DNA from: an uncultured Pseudomonadota bacterium
Lineage (GTDB): Bacteria > Oederibacteriota > Muellerivitia > Muellerivitales > Muellerivitaceae
Assembly (NCBI GenBank): GCA_963843375.1
Contig: CAWJKT010000001.1
Span: 160,001 to 224,000 of the forward strand
Direction of reading: 5' to 3'
DNA: 64,000 nt
In this document: positions 51,391 through 61,729 of the stretch, one piece after another
Layout: the number at the start of each line of letters is the position of its first letter
Position numbering within the stretch: the stretch's first letter is position 1
Notes under the pieces: model-generated
Told to the model about the DNA's origin: nothing
Database searches by the model: none
What the model saw: the letters and a program-made list of their open reading frames with translations, nothing else
Program-made: the position numbers and the translations under genes

Positions 51391-52187
51391 AAGGACGGGG
51401 CTTTTGGGCGACGCAAATTACGAAAAATGGAAATTGCTTCAGTCCCATTGGGATGATGACGAATATCTCAAGTCCCTTACGCCCCTGATGAAGCTTCGGT
51501 ACAAGCGTCTGGATGAGAAGATCGAAGCTATTCTGGATCAAAACTTCCATGAGACGGGAGCCATCAAAGAGCCGGCCGCTTCTGCTTGATATCGGCGCGG
51601 GGCGCGGCGAGTTCGCTTTGTTTTTGCAGGGACGAGGAAGGTCAAGGGTTTGGAACTACATAGGTTTCGAGCCTTCCGGTGAGCAATTAAAACAAAGGGA
51701 CATTTCCGAGTTTGGCATGGGGTTCGTGCAAGGGATGGCCGAAGGTATCCCGGTCCAGGACATGACGGCCCACGGCATCGTGGTGAAGGAAGTCATTGAT
51801 CATTGTTATGATCCGGCTGGAGTTTTTCGCGAAGCAAAACGGTTATTGAAGCCCGGCGGGATACTTGTGGTGTCCGTCACGAATGACAAGTCCTATTTCA
51901 AGCTGTTTTTGCCTTTCGTCAACAAAGCTCGAAAGTCCAAACAAACCGATCATCTTTTCTTTTTTGGCCCTGGTGATTTAAAAAAGCTCGCCGAGGAAGC
52001 CAAGTTTGACAGGGTTTCGGTTGAAACCTATAATTACTTGAAATTACCGCGAGTCTTTGAACAAGTCCTAAGTTTCTTGGGTCCGTCCATCAATCGTTCG
52101 ATTCTCAATGTAACGGATGCGATTGGCAAAGTCCTCCTGCCCGGCTTAGGCGGGGGGATCATCCTCAAGGCCACAAAGAAGATTTAA
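51387..52187 (+). CDS. Class I SAM-dependent methyltransferase, frameshift near 51570, start approximate
   Basis: LLDIGAGRGE, GFEPS, GMAEGIP, EVIDH, RLLKPGGILV. Confidence 0.8.
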
Positions 52188-52245
52188 GTTCGGATTATTT
52201 AATGCGATTTAAAAAAAGATTAAATCCTGAAACAAAGGGGACGCC

Positions 52246-52410
52246 GTGATTTCACAAGATTTGTTGAATATTTTGATCTGTCCCGCCTGCGGGTCGGCTG
52301 TGCGCGAGAAGGATAATGCCATCGAATGTACCGCCTGTAAGAAACGTTACCCTGTGGAAAATGGTATACCCGTGATGCTCGTTGAACGTGCGGAAAAGCC
52401 CAAAAAGTAA
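52246..52410 (+). CDS. Trm112/YcaR-like small zinc-binding protein (54 aa, absent from ORF track)
   Basis: Translated by hand: MISQDLLNILICPACGSAVREKDNAIECTACKKRYPVENGIPVMLVERAEKPKK. Confidence 0.88.
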   Translation: MISQDLLNILICPACGSAVREKDNAIECTACKKRYPVENGIPVMLVERAEKPKK

Positions 52411-53515
52411 ACCTCTTCGTATCGGTATCGACGCCCGCTTGGCTTACCGGCGCGGTGTCGGCACCTATGCCGCAAACCTGATTTTAGCCCTTTCGAAGAT
52501 CGACCGGAAAAACCGTTATTTCATTTTCAACGCTCCCCACGCCTTAAGAAGCCAAATTTCCTCGACCAGGTTTCAGTGGGTTATCGTCCCCTTTTCTAAC
52601 GCAGCTTATTATGAACAGGTGCTTCTCCCCCGTGTGGCCCGGGAACAAGGGGTGGACCTTCTTCACTTTACGGATAATTCCGCCACCTCCATCGACCCCA
52701 TCCCATTCGTGGTGACGCTTCACGATACGATGCATACCCGGCCATTGGCCCAAGTAAGGCCCAAGGCCACATTCCGGCATAGGTTGTTGGATGGCTATAA
52801 AAAGTGGGCGATTAGCCGTTCGGTGTTTAGGGCAAAGGCCATTCTTACCGTTTCTGAATTTTCCAAGAGACAGATTCTGGATCAAATGGGTATCGATGGC
52901 GCCAAGATTTTCGTGACGCCGGAGGGAGTGGACAGGAGGCTGTTTAAAAAGGTTTCCCGTAAACCTTCTAAAATTTTTAAGATTTTGGTCCATGGGGCGG
53001 CCGATGAGCGAAAAAACATGGCCAATATTCTAAAGGCGGTAAAAATTCTCGCGGACCTGGGTAAGAAGTTTCAGGTGATCGTTGTAGGCATGGATGCGGC
53101 GGAGTTGAAATTTACCAACTATATCGACCAGGTTCTTTCTTTGGGGATTGGAAATCTATTGGAATGGGCTGGAAACGTGCCCTTTGAAATGTTAAGCCTT
53201 GTTTACGCGGAAGCGGATTTGTTTCTTTATCCCTCGCGATTGGAAGGTTTCGGGCTTCCGGTGTTGGAAGCATTCGCTTGCGGGGTTCCAGTGATTGCCT
53301 CCAATACCACCTCCTTGCCCGAGGTGGCGGGCGACGCGGCTTGGCTGGTTGACCCAGAGAACCCATAAGCCATCGCCAAAGGGGTGAAGCAAATGATGGA
53401 AAAGCCTTCCTTGCGCAAACGCCATATCCTGCGGGGACTGAAGCGGGCCAAACTGTTCACCTGGGAAAGAACGGCAAAGTTGACTTTGAAAGTTTATGAA
53501 AGAATGCCTCTATGA
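52382..53515 (+). CDS. GT4-family glycosyltransferase with in-frame TAA at 53366-53368
   Basis: RIGIDAR, GVGTY, VVTLHD, TVSEFSK, EGFGLPVLEAFACGVPVIASN..SLPEV; same frame resumes AIAKG...FTWERTA. Confidence 0.85.
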
Positions 53516-55238
53516 CCGCTTTTTTGAACGGCGGTCTTTTCTTGCTGGAGGCGATTTCGCTATTAAACTTTTTTTTTGGATTGCCCAATGTCTGGCCCGG
53601 GGATCAGATGCCTTTGATCTTCCTGTTTTTGTTCTTGTTTGCCATCGTGATAGCGCTGGAGACGGTAATTTTTCGTCTCATGTCGACTCAAGAAAACTGG
53701 GAATTGATGTTTCGCCAGGTTCTCCTCACCCATTTCCCTGGTTGTTGGGATACTCTGGCCCCTGGCTTAGGCTTGAACCTTCCGGACCCCATAATTTCAG
53801 ACTGAGAAAAATACAGATCCTTCTGGGACATCATTTGATTTCCCATTTTTTCGTTTTTTTATCCCGCACTGTTAAAAAAATCCAGGAGAAGGATGGAGGA
53901 TTTTCCAAAATATTGGTGTGATGGGGCTATTTCTGTTTGTGGGACCACTCTTTGGACGGCGACGGTTTGCGATTTGAGCGGGGATGAGCCCCATTATCTG
54001 TTGATGGCCTATAGCCTTATCCATGATGGGGATTTGGACCTCGACGAACAATTATGCCAACAGGGATTATGAACAGTTTTACCATCGGGGGGTTTTGGAG
54101 CCCCAAGGATTGGAACATGTGGAGGATGGTAAAAGATATAGCCACCATCCTTTGGGGCCGGTATTATTAATTTTGCCGGGTTTCCTTAATCGCAGGACGC
54201 CTCGGGGCGGCATTGACCATGGCTCTTGTTGGCGGCTTTGGCCCTTTATCCTGACAATGCGGGTGTTGGAAGAAACGGGAGCCAAAGGCTGGGCGCTTCA
54301 CGCGACCGGAATGGTCGGTCTTTTCTCCAGCCCCTTGCTGCTTTTCTGCGGTCTCATCTTCCCGGAAATTCCTACCGCCTGCCTGGTGGCCTTAAGCCTT
54401 CTTCTTTTTTTGAAAAAGCGATGGCAGTGGCTGGGATTGTGTTTGGGGCTAATGCTTTGGATGCACAACCGCAATGTTTTAATAATTTTCCCGTTTCTTT
54501 CATTTACGTTATTTGAAATCTGGAAAGACCGGAAATATCGAAAGGCGCAATTAGTTAAGTTTGGGGCTGGCTTTGGAGCGCCGGTCCTATTCTTAATCAT
54601 CTATTTTTACAGCCTCTATGGTGTTCTAACGCCCCTTGGAGCCCACAATGAACCTTTCACTTCTTTATTCCGTTTGGGGCATTTTTGGGATGGATTCTTC
54701 GGGCTTCTCCTGGATCAGGAATGTGGCCTTTGGTTCTATTTCCCCATTTTCGGGCTGGTCGTGACAGGCGGGGTTGTATTGTGGCGATCCAGGAATCCAT
54801 TGGGCTCTATTGGTGGTTGGGATACTCCTGTTTTATTACCTCTTTATGTCCTTCTATGAAAACCTCGGGCTGACGCCAGCTACCCGCTATTGGGTGGGCG
54901 TGACACCTCTTTTGTTGCTGGCGGTTTATTCTTCTATGGAAAAGATGAAGAAAGAGGATATTTGGACCAAGTTTGCGGCTTTGTCCCTGGTCGTGGGTAT
55001 TTTTGTGAATTGGCTTTTGGCGGCGATCCCTTGGATGCGGTATAACAAACTCAATGGGGAGAACTTGATTTTAAAGATGGTCGGTTCTTTTTTACATCTG
55101 CCATTGACAGCGATGAATCCGGCTTTCCAGGCGCCCGTGGTCGAAATGAAAAGTTATCTCATGAGTGCTTTGACGATGGGGTTGACCCTCGCCTTTAGCT
55201 TTTGGTTTTTAAAAGAGAAAAAAGTTGTAAGTCAATAA
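53512..55238 (+). pseudogene. GT-C-like polytopic membrane protein, fragmented by multiple frameshifts
   Basis: GDEPHYLLMAYSLIHDGD/LDL.NNY motif near 53980-54060, FPEIP, GLLLDQECGL, RYWV spread over at least five fragments. Confidence 0.65.
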
Positions 55239-55251
55239 AGGACAGCAACGC

Positions 55252-56478
55252 TTGAATATCCTCATTCTCACGCCCCTTGTTCCTTATCCTCCGCACGATG
55301 GGGACAAACTCCGTCTTTATCATTTTCTCAAACACCTCAGAAGCCGGGGCCACAAAATCGACCTCTTTTGCTTGACCCGGGTAAAGTCCGATTTTTCCGA
55401 TGCCGACAGCCTTCGTGTTTTCTGCCGCCATTTTTACCAGGAGCATTTAAACCATTGGGACTTGTTCTTTAACCTGGTAGGCGGTGTTTTGATCGGCCAA
55501 TCGCTGAACGTTTCCAGTTATTTTTCCCCGAAACTCCGGGATCATCTGAGGAATTATTGGAAAACCTCGGACGGTCAAGCCGTCGATGTCGTGTTGGCCC
55601 ATCGGCTTCGGATGGCTCCCGCGGCTTTCGAAGGCAACCCCGGAAAGCCGGTGGTTTTGGAACTAACCGACTGTCTGACGGCTTACGCCCAGCAACTGAA
55701 GCAAAAGAACGTGGCGCGTTTCTCCCGGCGATTGGCGGCCTGGTGGGATTATTGGTTTCTGCGGCGGGAAGAAGTGGAATGGACCGAAAGGGCCTTCCGA
55801 TCCATAATCATTTCCGAAACGGACGCCCAGGTTTTAAGGGAACAGGGAGCCCCGGTGGATAAAGTGATCGTGATCCCCAACGGGGTGGAATTTAAGCGGG
55901 TTTCAAAAGCCAAAAAGCTGGAAGTTTATCCAAAGAACAAGATGGTGATTTGTTTTGTGGGCAATATGGGTTATGCCGCGAATGAGGACGGTGCGCTATG
56001 GTTCCTAAAAAAAATATGGCCCAAGTTGAAACAACAGGTTCCTTCGGTAGTTTTTGCGGCGGTGGGAGGTCATCCCCGCAAAGCCCTCTTGCGGTATCAC
56101 GACGGCCAGAATGTGTTCGTAACCGGTTGGGTGCCTGAGATTGAACCCTATTTGGTCCAAGCGAATGTTTCTATCGCTCCCTTGCGGGTGACGGCGGGAA
56201 TGCAAAACAAGGTGGCCTTGTCTTTGGCTTTAGGTGTTCCGGTGGTCGCCACTCCCCAGGCGGTTTCCTGGATGCCGTTGAAAGGGCGGGATGGCGTTAT
56301 AGTGGTTGGAAACGAAGATCAATTCGCCCAGGAGTTGATTGAGGTGCTTTTGAAGCCCAAAGCGGGGAAGGCTTGGGCGAAAAAGGGCCAGCGGTTTATC
56401 CTGAAGAACTATCGCTGGAATGATTCGGGCCGAAAGTTGGAACAAGTATTAAAACAAGCGGCGAAAAGTAATTCTTAA
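55252..56478 (+). CDS. GT4-family glycosyltransferase
   Basis: PYPPHDGDKLR, IPNGV, FVGNMGY.AN.DG..WF, APLR...GMQNK. Confidence 0.88.
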   Translation: MNILILTPLVPYPPHDGDKLRLYHFLKHLRSRGHKIDLFCLTRVKSDFSDADSLRVFCRHFYQEHLNHWDLFFNLVGGVLIGQSLNVSSYFSPKLRDHLRNYWKTSDGQAVDVVLAHRLRMAPAAFEGNPGKPVVLELTDCLTAYAQQLKQKNVARFSRRLAAWWDYWFLRREEVEWTERAFRSIIISETDAQVLREQGAPVDKVIVIPNGVEFKRVSKAKKLEVYPKNKMVICFVGNMGYAANEDGALWFLKKIWPKLKQQVPSVVFAAVGGHPRKALLRYHDGQNVFVTGWVPEIEPYLVQANVSIAPLRVTAGMQNKVALSLALGVPVVATPQAVSWMPLKGRDGVIVVGNEDQFAQELIEVLLKPKAGKAWAKKGQRFILKNYRWNDSGRKLEQVLKQAAKSNS

Positions 56479-56490
56479 TGAGGTGTTCAT

Positions 56491-58380
56491 TTGTGCGGTA
56501 TAGCGGGTTTCTGCCAATTTAAGCCGGGCATGCCCTTGAAGTTGAAACATCTTGAGGACATGACCGAAACAATCAAGCACCGGGGCCCGGATGACAAGGG
56601 GATGTACCAAAAGGGGTCCGTTGGCCTGGGCATGACCCGCCTTGCCATCGTCGATGTTGCGGGCGGCGCCCAGCCCATCTCCAACGAACGGGGCAATATC
56701 TGGGTTGTGTTTAATGGCGAGATTTACAACTATTTGGAATTGCGAGAACCCTTAATCGAGGCCGGCCACCATTTTTCCACTAACTCGGATACCGAAGTCA
56801 TTGTCCATGCTTATGAAGAATATGGCGATAAATTCATTTCCAAACTTCGAGGTATGTTCGCTTTCGCCCTTTGGGATGAGACTTTCCAAAAACTCATTCT
56901 TGCCCGGGATCATATAGGAGTAAAGCCGCTTTACTACACCACCGCTGACGGGTCTCTGGTATTCGGCTCGGAAATCAAGGCATTGCTTGCCTTGGATACC
57001 GTGCCCCGCCAGGTGGATTCCAAACAAATTCTCACTCTTATGACCCTCCAGTACGTTCCAACGCCCGACACCCTCTTCAAGGGCATCCGAAAACTTCCCG
57101 CCGGCCATTACCTGATCTGCCAAAGCGGCAAGATAATGGTGCGCCCCTATTGGGAACTGCCCAAGATCACCACAACCTTGGGGGAAGATATTGATACGGT
57201 CCAGGAGAAAAACCTTGTGGAGGAATTGCGCTCCAAGTTTTTCGCCAGCGTGAAGGAACAACTGATGTCGGATGTGCCTGTTGGGGCTTTTCTTTCGGGC
57301 GGACTGGATTCCTCCTTTGTCGTAGCCGCCATGACCCAACAGACCCGGCAGTCGGTCAAGACTTACTCCGTGGGTTTCGAGAACCAGCACGATTTTAACG
57401 AACTCAAATTCGCCCAAAAGGTCTCCAAAACCCTCAAAAGCCAGCACCGGGAAATCATGGTCAATGCCCAGATGCTCAACGACCTCATTCCGAAACTAGT
57501 GAAGTACCAGGACGATCCGGTCATCGATCCGGCGATATTGCCAACTTTCGTGGTTTCCCTTTTCGCGCGGCAGGAAGTGAAGGTTGTCCTTACCGGGGAG
57601 GGAGCGGATGAGCTCTTTGGAGGCTATCGACGTTATTCCTACGACCAGCTTTCAGGCGGGGTGAGGTTGATACCCGGGTGGTTGAAGGCTCTCGTTCCTT
57701 TCGTGACGGGCGGTATGAAGGACCCTTATAAACAAGCCTGGCATGCCTTGAATAAAGAGGACTTGGTGAAACGGCACATGGCTTGGTCCCGGCTTTGCCT
57801 GGAGGAAACCCTGCAAGGGTTGGCAGGGGAGAAGCTGTTGTATGAAATGGAACATTCCAAAGTTGAGGAGTCCATGGAACGGATTTTCGAGGGAGCCGAG
57901 CCTTATGGTTTCGACAACCTGAACCTGATGCTTTACATGGATTTGAAGACATGGCTCCCCGACGACCTTTTGAACAAGGTGGACCGCATGAGTATGGCGG
58001 CTTCGCTGGAAGCGCGGGTGCCTTACCTGGACCACCGGTTGGTAGAATTCGCTTTTTCCCTTCCCTCAACTATGAAGCTTAAAGGGAGCACGGGAAAATA
58101 TATTTTAAAAAAGGCCGCCCAAAAATATGTCCCAAGTGAAATCATCAACCGCCAAAAGAGGGGGTTTGCCGTTCCTTTGGGACCTTGGTTTCGAAAAGAA
58201 TTAAAATCCCTCCTAGTGGATATCCTTCATTCTGAAAAATTCCAGAAGCGAGGTTATTTCAATATCCCCAAAACCGAGCAGATTTTAGAAGAACATCTTT
58301 CGGGCAGGAAAGATCACCATCTTCTTTTGTACGGCCTGTTATTAGTGGAAATGTGGCATAGAAGGTTTATTGATGAGTGA
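56491..58380 (+). CDS. asnB: Asparagine synthase (glutamine-hydrolysing) family amidotransferase
   Basis: MCGIAG, HRGPD, FNGEIYN, SDTEV, LSGGLDSS, GEGADELFGGY, KVDRMSMA.SLEARVP. Confidence 0.93.
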   Translation: MCGIAGFCQFKPGMPLKLKHLEDMTETIKHRGPDDKGMYQKGSVGLGMTRLAIVDVAGGAQPISNERGNIWVVFNGEIYNYLELREPLIEAGHHFSTNSDTEVIVHAYEEYGDKFISKLRGMFAFALWDETFQKLILARDHIGVKPLYYTTADGSLVFGSEIKALLALDTVPRQVDSKQILTLMTLQYVPTPDTLFKGIRKLPAGHYLICQSGKIMVRPYWELPKITTTLGEDIDTVQEKNLVEELRSKFFASVKEQLMSDVPVGAFLSGGLDSSFVVAAMTQQTRQSVKTYSVGFENQHDFNELKFAQKVSKTLKSQHREIMVNAQMLNDLIPKLVKYQDDPVIDPAILPTFVVSLFARQEVKVVLTGEGADELFGGYRRYSYDQLSGGVRLIPGWLKALVPFVTGGMKDPYKQAWHALNKEDLVKRHMAWSRLCLEETLQGLAGEKLLYEMEHSKVEESMERIFEGAEPYGFDNLNLMLYMDLKTWLPDDLLNKVDRMSMAASLEARVPYLDHRLVEFAFSLPSTMKLKGSTGKYILKKAAQKYVPSEIINRQKRGFAVPLGPWFRKELKSLLVDILHSEKFQKRGYFNIPKTEQILEEHLSGRKDHHLLLYGLLLVEMWHRRFIDE

Positions 58381-58391
58381 GGAGCACCAAC

Positions 58392-58772
58392 ATGAAAGAT
58401 GAACGTTACGAAAAAGGTTGGAAAAAATTTCAAGAAATCCATGGGCCCGTGGCAAAGGCCACGATCAACAGCCTGAAGGATATCAGTCCCGAACTGGGAA
58501 AATTTGTGACCGAGTTCGCCTTTGCGGACATCTATTCCCGTCCGGGGTTGGATTTGAAAACCCGACAGCTTTTGACGATTGCTTCCCTCGTCACTCTTGG
58601 AACCGCTCCCCTTCAGCTAAAGTCCCATATAAAAGGCGCCCTCAACGTGGGGTGTTCCAAACGGGAGATCATTGAAGCCATTCTCCAAATGGCTGTTTAC
58701 GCGGGGTTCCCGGCGGCCATGAATGCCATGTATGCCGCCAAAGAGGTTTTCAAGGATAAGAAATTCCGTTAA
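58392..58772 (+). CDS. Carboxymuconolactone decarboxylase family protein
   Basis: EFAFADIYSRPGLDLKTRQL, HIKGALNVG, YAGFPAA. Confidence 0.88.
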   Translation: MKDERYEKGWKKFQEIHGPVAKATINSLKDISPELGKFVTEFAFADIYSRPGLDLKTRQLLTIASLVTLGTAPLQLKSHIKGALNVGCSKREIIEAILQMAVYAGFPAAMNAMYAAKEVFKDKKFR

Positions 58773-58935
58773 CTCTCTCTGGTTTGGGGGTGCCTCAGGC
58801 CGGATTTAAGCCTCTCTCGCTTTATCGATCATCCGGAAATCGGGTAATCGTGCCTCTCTTTCACCCAAGCTTTTCCAGAAAACACTTAAAATGGTAGGGT
58901 TTTTAATTAATTCTGAGGGTTGGAGCAAGGTTGGT

Positions 58936-58964
58936 TTGACGGATGGCCGACTTTCCTGTAAAAT
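58936..58964 (+). promoter_or_regulatory. sigma70 promoter of efp-accB-accC with GC-rich discriminator
   Basis: TTGACG-17 bp-TAAAAT followed by GCCGCC. Confidence 0.65.
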
Positions 58965-59074
58965 GCCGCCTCTTTTGGCTCAAAAACCATTAAAAATAAG
59001 GGTTTTTACGACTTTTTGACTAAATATGCCTATTAAATAAGGGTTTTTCCCCTATTCATCTTGGAGGATTTTAA

Positions 59075-59632
59075 ATGCTTACCGTTATGGATCTACGGGC
59101 AGGGAATCTGTGTGAATTTGATGGTGTCCTTTACCGGGTTGTCAATTTTCAACATGTAAAGCCCGGTAAAGGCGGTGGTTTTGTCCGTCTAAAGATCAAG
59201 AATGTCGAGCAAGGAACTGTGACTGATAAGACCCTGGATAGTTGGGAAAAAGTAGCCGAACCCCCGGTTGAAGAAAAGGAAATGCAGTACATGTATAAGC
59301 AAGGCGATAAGTTCGTATTCATGGACACCGAAACCTATGAACAATTGGAACTAACCGAGGAAGAAGTCGGGGAAGGGTACCAATGGCTCAAGGACGAGAT
59401 GAATATCGAAGTGCTTTTCTATAGAGACCGTCCCATCAGTGTAAAACTGCCCATTACCGTGAACTTGAAAATCATCTCCTCGGAACCCGGAATCAAGGGC
59501 GACCGGGTATCGGGGGCCAGCAAACCCGCCACGCTCGAGAGCGGAGCCACCATCCAGGTTCCTCTTTTTGTTAAAGAAGGGGATGTCATCAAGGTTGATA
59601 CCAGAACCGGGGAATATTTAGAAAGAGTTTGA
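59075..59632 (+). CDS. efp: Elongation factor P
   Basis: HVKPGKGG, FMD.ETYEQ, KPATLESG, VPLFV..G..IKVDTRTGEY. Confidence 0.97.
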   Translation: MLTVMDLRAGNLCEFDGVLYRVVNFQHVKPGKGGGFVRLKIKNVEQGTVTDKTLDSWEKVAEPPVEEKEMQYMYKQGDKFVFMDTETYEQLELTEEEVGEGYQWLKDEMNIEVLFYRDRPISVKLPITVNLKIISSEPGIKGDRVSGASKPATLESGATIQVPLFVKEGDVIKVDTRTGEYLERV

Positions 59633-59679
59633 ATTCCCCCAACCGTCGTCCAGCCGTTGTGTTAGAAAGGAGACATTGA

Positions 59680-60249
59680 ATGTCGACTAGCCCGGAAAAG
59701 AACGAAGGGTCCAAGCCGGAAAAGAAGAAAAAAGCCGAATCCGCCCCGATTAAAAAAATAAAAGTCAGTTCCAGACTTTCCATCGTCCAGGATGTCATCG
59801 CCTTGATGAATGAAGCGGACATCTCCGAACTCAGTTTCGAGCAGGGGGACATCAAGGTCCATCTTCGCCGGGGGCCGGGAATGCCTTTCGCCACCACCAT
59901 GGTTCCTTCAGTGGTTTCCACCGTACCCGTCGCGGCTTCCGTTGCTCCTGCCACGGGTGTTCCGGCGGCAACGTCGGCCGGTGGCGCAACCGCCGCGACG
60001 CCGGACAATGGCGCTACCTTGAATTCTCCAATGGTTGGAACCTTTTATCGCGCCTCATCCCCGGACTCGAAACCTTTCATTGAAGAAGGGGACAAGATTG
60101 CAGTGGGCCAAGTCTATTGCATCATTGAGGCCATGAAACTCATGAACGAAGTGAAGTCCGAAGTCGCCGGCAAGGTTGTCAAAATCCTCGTCCAGAATGG
60201 CCAGGCCGTCGAATTCAACCAGCCTTTAATCGTTGTTGATCCCAGTTAA
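59680..60249 (+). CDS. accB: Acetyl-CoA carboxylase biotin carboxyl carrier protein
   Basis: SPMVGTFYR, IIEAMKLMNE; precedes accC. Confidence 0.95.
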   Translation: MSTSPEKNEGSKPEKKKKAESAPIKKIKVSSRLSIVQDVIALMNEADISELSFEQGDIKVHLRRGPGMPFATTMVPSVVSTVPVAASVAPATGVPAATSAGGATAATPDNGATLNSPMVGTFYRASSPDSKPFIEEGDKIAVGQVYCIIEAMKLMNEVKSEVAGKVVKILVQNGQAVEFNQPLIVVDPS

Positions 60250-60328
60250 AGACAATTCGCAGGTACAGCCCAACGTTCGCAGTCTGGCTTGAAGGCGAAC
60301 AGTAAACGGCTTTTGAGAAAAGGAAATC

Positions 60329-61699
60329 ATGTTTAACAAGATACTCATCGCCAACCGGGGGGAGATTGCCCTTCGCATCATCCGGGCCTGTAAAGAACTC
60401 GGGATAAAGACAGTGGCTGTTTATTCCCAAGCCGACGCCGAGTCCCTGCACGTTCACCTGGCGGATGAGAGCGTCTGCATCGGGAAGCCTTCCAGCAAGG
60501 AAAGTTATCTCAATATTCCAGCGCTCATCAGCGCGGCGGAAATCACCGATGCCGAGGCCATCCATCCTGGTTACGGTTTCTTAGCCGAGAACGCCCACTT
60601 CGCGGAAGTTTGCGCCAGTTGCCAGATCAAATTCATCGGGCCCAAACCTGAAGTCATGCGATTGATGGGTGACAAAGTGGCCGCTATCCGGACGGCGAAA
60701 AAGGCGGGGACTCCCACCACCCCCGGGAGCGACGGCGCGGTGAAGAATGAAAAACAGGCGCTGGCCGTGGCCAAGTTGATCAAGTATCCGGTAATCATCA
60801 AGGCTTCTGCGGGTGGCGGTGGAAAGGGAATGCGTGTCGCCCACACGGATATTTCCCTGACGCAGGCCTTTCAAACGGCACGTGCCGAGGCCGAAGCGGC
60901 TTTCGGTAATCCCGAGGTTTACATTGAGAAATATATTGAGGAACCCAGGCACATCGAGGTTCAAATACTGGGCGATGAGTACGGCCACATCATGCATTTA
61001 GGTGAGAGGGATTGTACGATTCAGCGGTCTCACCAAAAACTCATTGAGGAAGCACCCTCCCCGGTTTTGACAACCCGGCAACGCAAAAAGGTGGGGAAAT
61101 ACGCCCTTAAATTAGCGAAAGAAGTGAAATACACCTCCGCTGGAACCATTGAGTTCCTCATGGATAAGCATGGTGACTTTTACTTCATGGAAATGAATAC
61201 TCGCGTTCAGGTTGAGCATCCCGTCACCGAATTGACTACCGGGGTGGATATTATTAAAGAGCAGATCAAAATCGCCGCGGGTGAAAAACTATCCATGGGC
61301 AAGGACGTCTTGGAACCCCGGGGACATTCCATTGAATGCCGCATCAACGCCGAAGATCCGGATGACAACTTCCGCCCATCGCCCGGTACGATCACGACCT
61401 ATCACGTTCCGGGGGGGCCAGGGGTGCGAGTGGATACCCATCTTTATCAGGGGTACAAGGTCCCGCCTTATTACGATTCAATGCTGGCCAAGATCATCGT
61501 CCATGCCCCCGACCGTCCCCAAGCCATCCGGCGGATGGTGAGGGCTTTGGACGAACTGGTGGTGGAAGGCATCCATACCACAACTGATTTTCTGAAGGTC
61601 ATTTTGGAGAGTGAATCTTTCAAACGGGGAAATTATTCCACCCACTTCGTTGAAAAATTCATGAAGAGCAAGAAGGATAAAGGCGAAGAGAAAAAGTAA
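60329..61699 (+). CDS. accC: Biotin carboxylase
   Basis: [51 protein letters not shown]. Confidence 0.97.
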   Translation: MFNKILIANRGEIALRIIRACKELGIKTVAVYSQADAESLHVHLADESVCIGKPSSKESYLNIPALISAAEITDAEAIHPGYGFLAENAHFAEVCASCQIKFIGPKPEVMRLMGDKVAAIRTAKKAGTPTTPGSDGAVKNEKQALAVAKLIKYPVIIKASAGGGGKGMRVAHTDISLTQAFQTARAEAEAAFGNPEVYIEKYIEEPRHIEVQILGDEYGHIMHLGERDCTIQRSHQKLIEEAPSPVLTTRQRKKVGKYALKLAKEVKYTSAGTIEFLMDKHGDFYFMEMNTRVQVEHPVTELTTGVDIIKEQIKIAAGEKLSMGKDVLEPRGHSIECRINAEDPDDNFRPSPGTITTYHVPGGPGVRVDTHLYQGYKVPPYYDSMLAKIIVHAPDRPQAIRRMVRALDELVVEGIHTTTDFLKVILESESFKRGNYSTHFVEKFMKSKKDKGEEKK

Positions 61700-61729
61700 A
61701 AGACGATCAATTTTCGATGCTGATGGGCG

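Noticed and set aside
50813..51589. Single 258-aa ORF as given in the track
   Set aside because: Appears to be a chimera of a membrane protein N-half and the methyltransferase N-terminus caused by indels
53366..53368. Stop-codon reassignment or readthrough in the GT4 gene
   Set aside because: Single case; TAA, TAG and TGA all end genes normally elsewhere in the window
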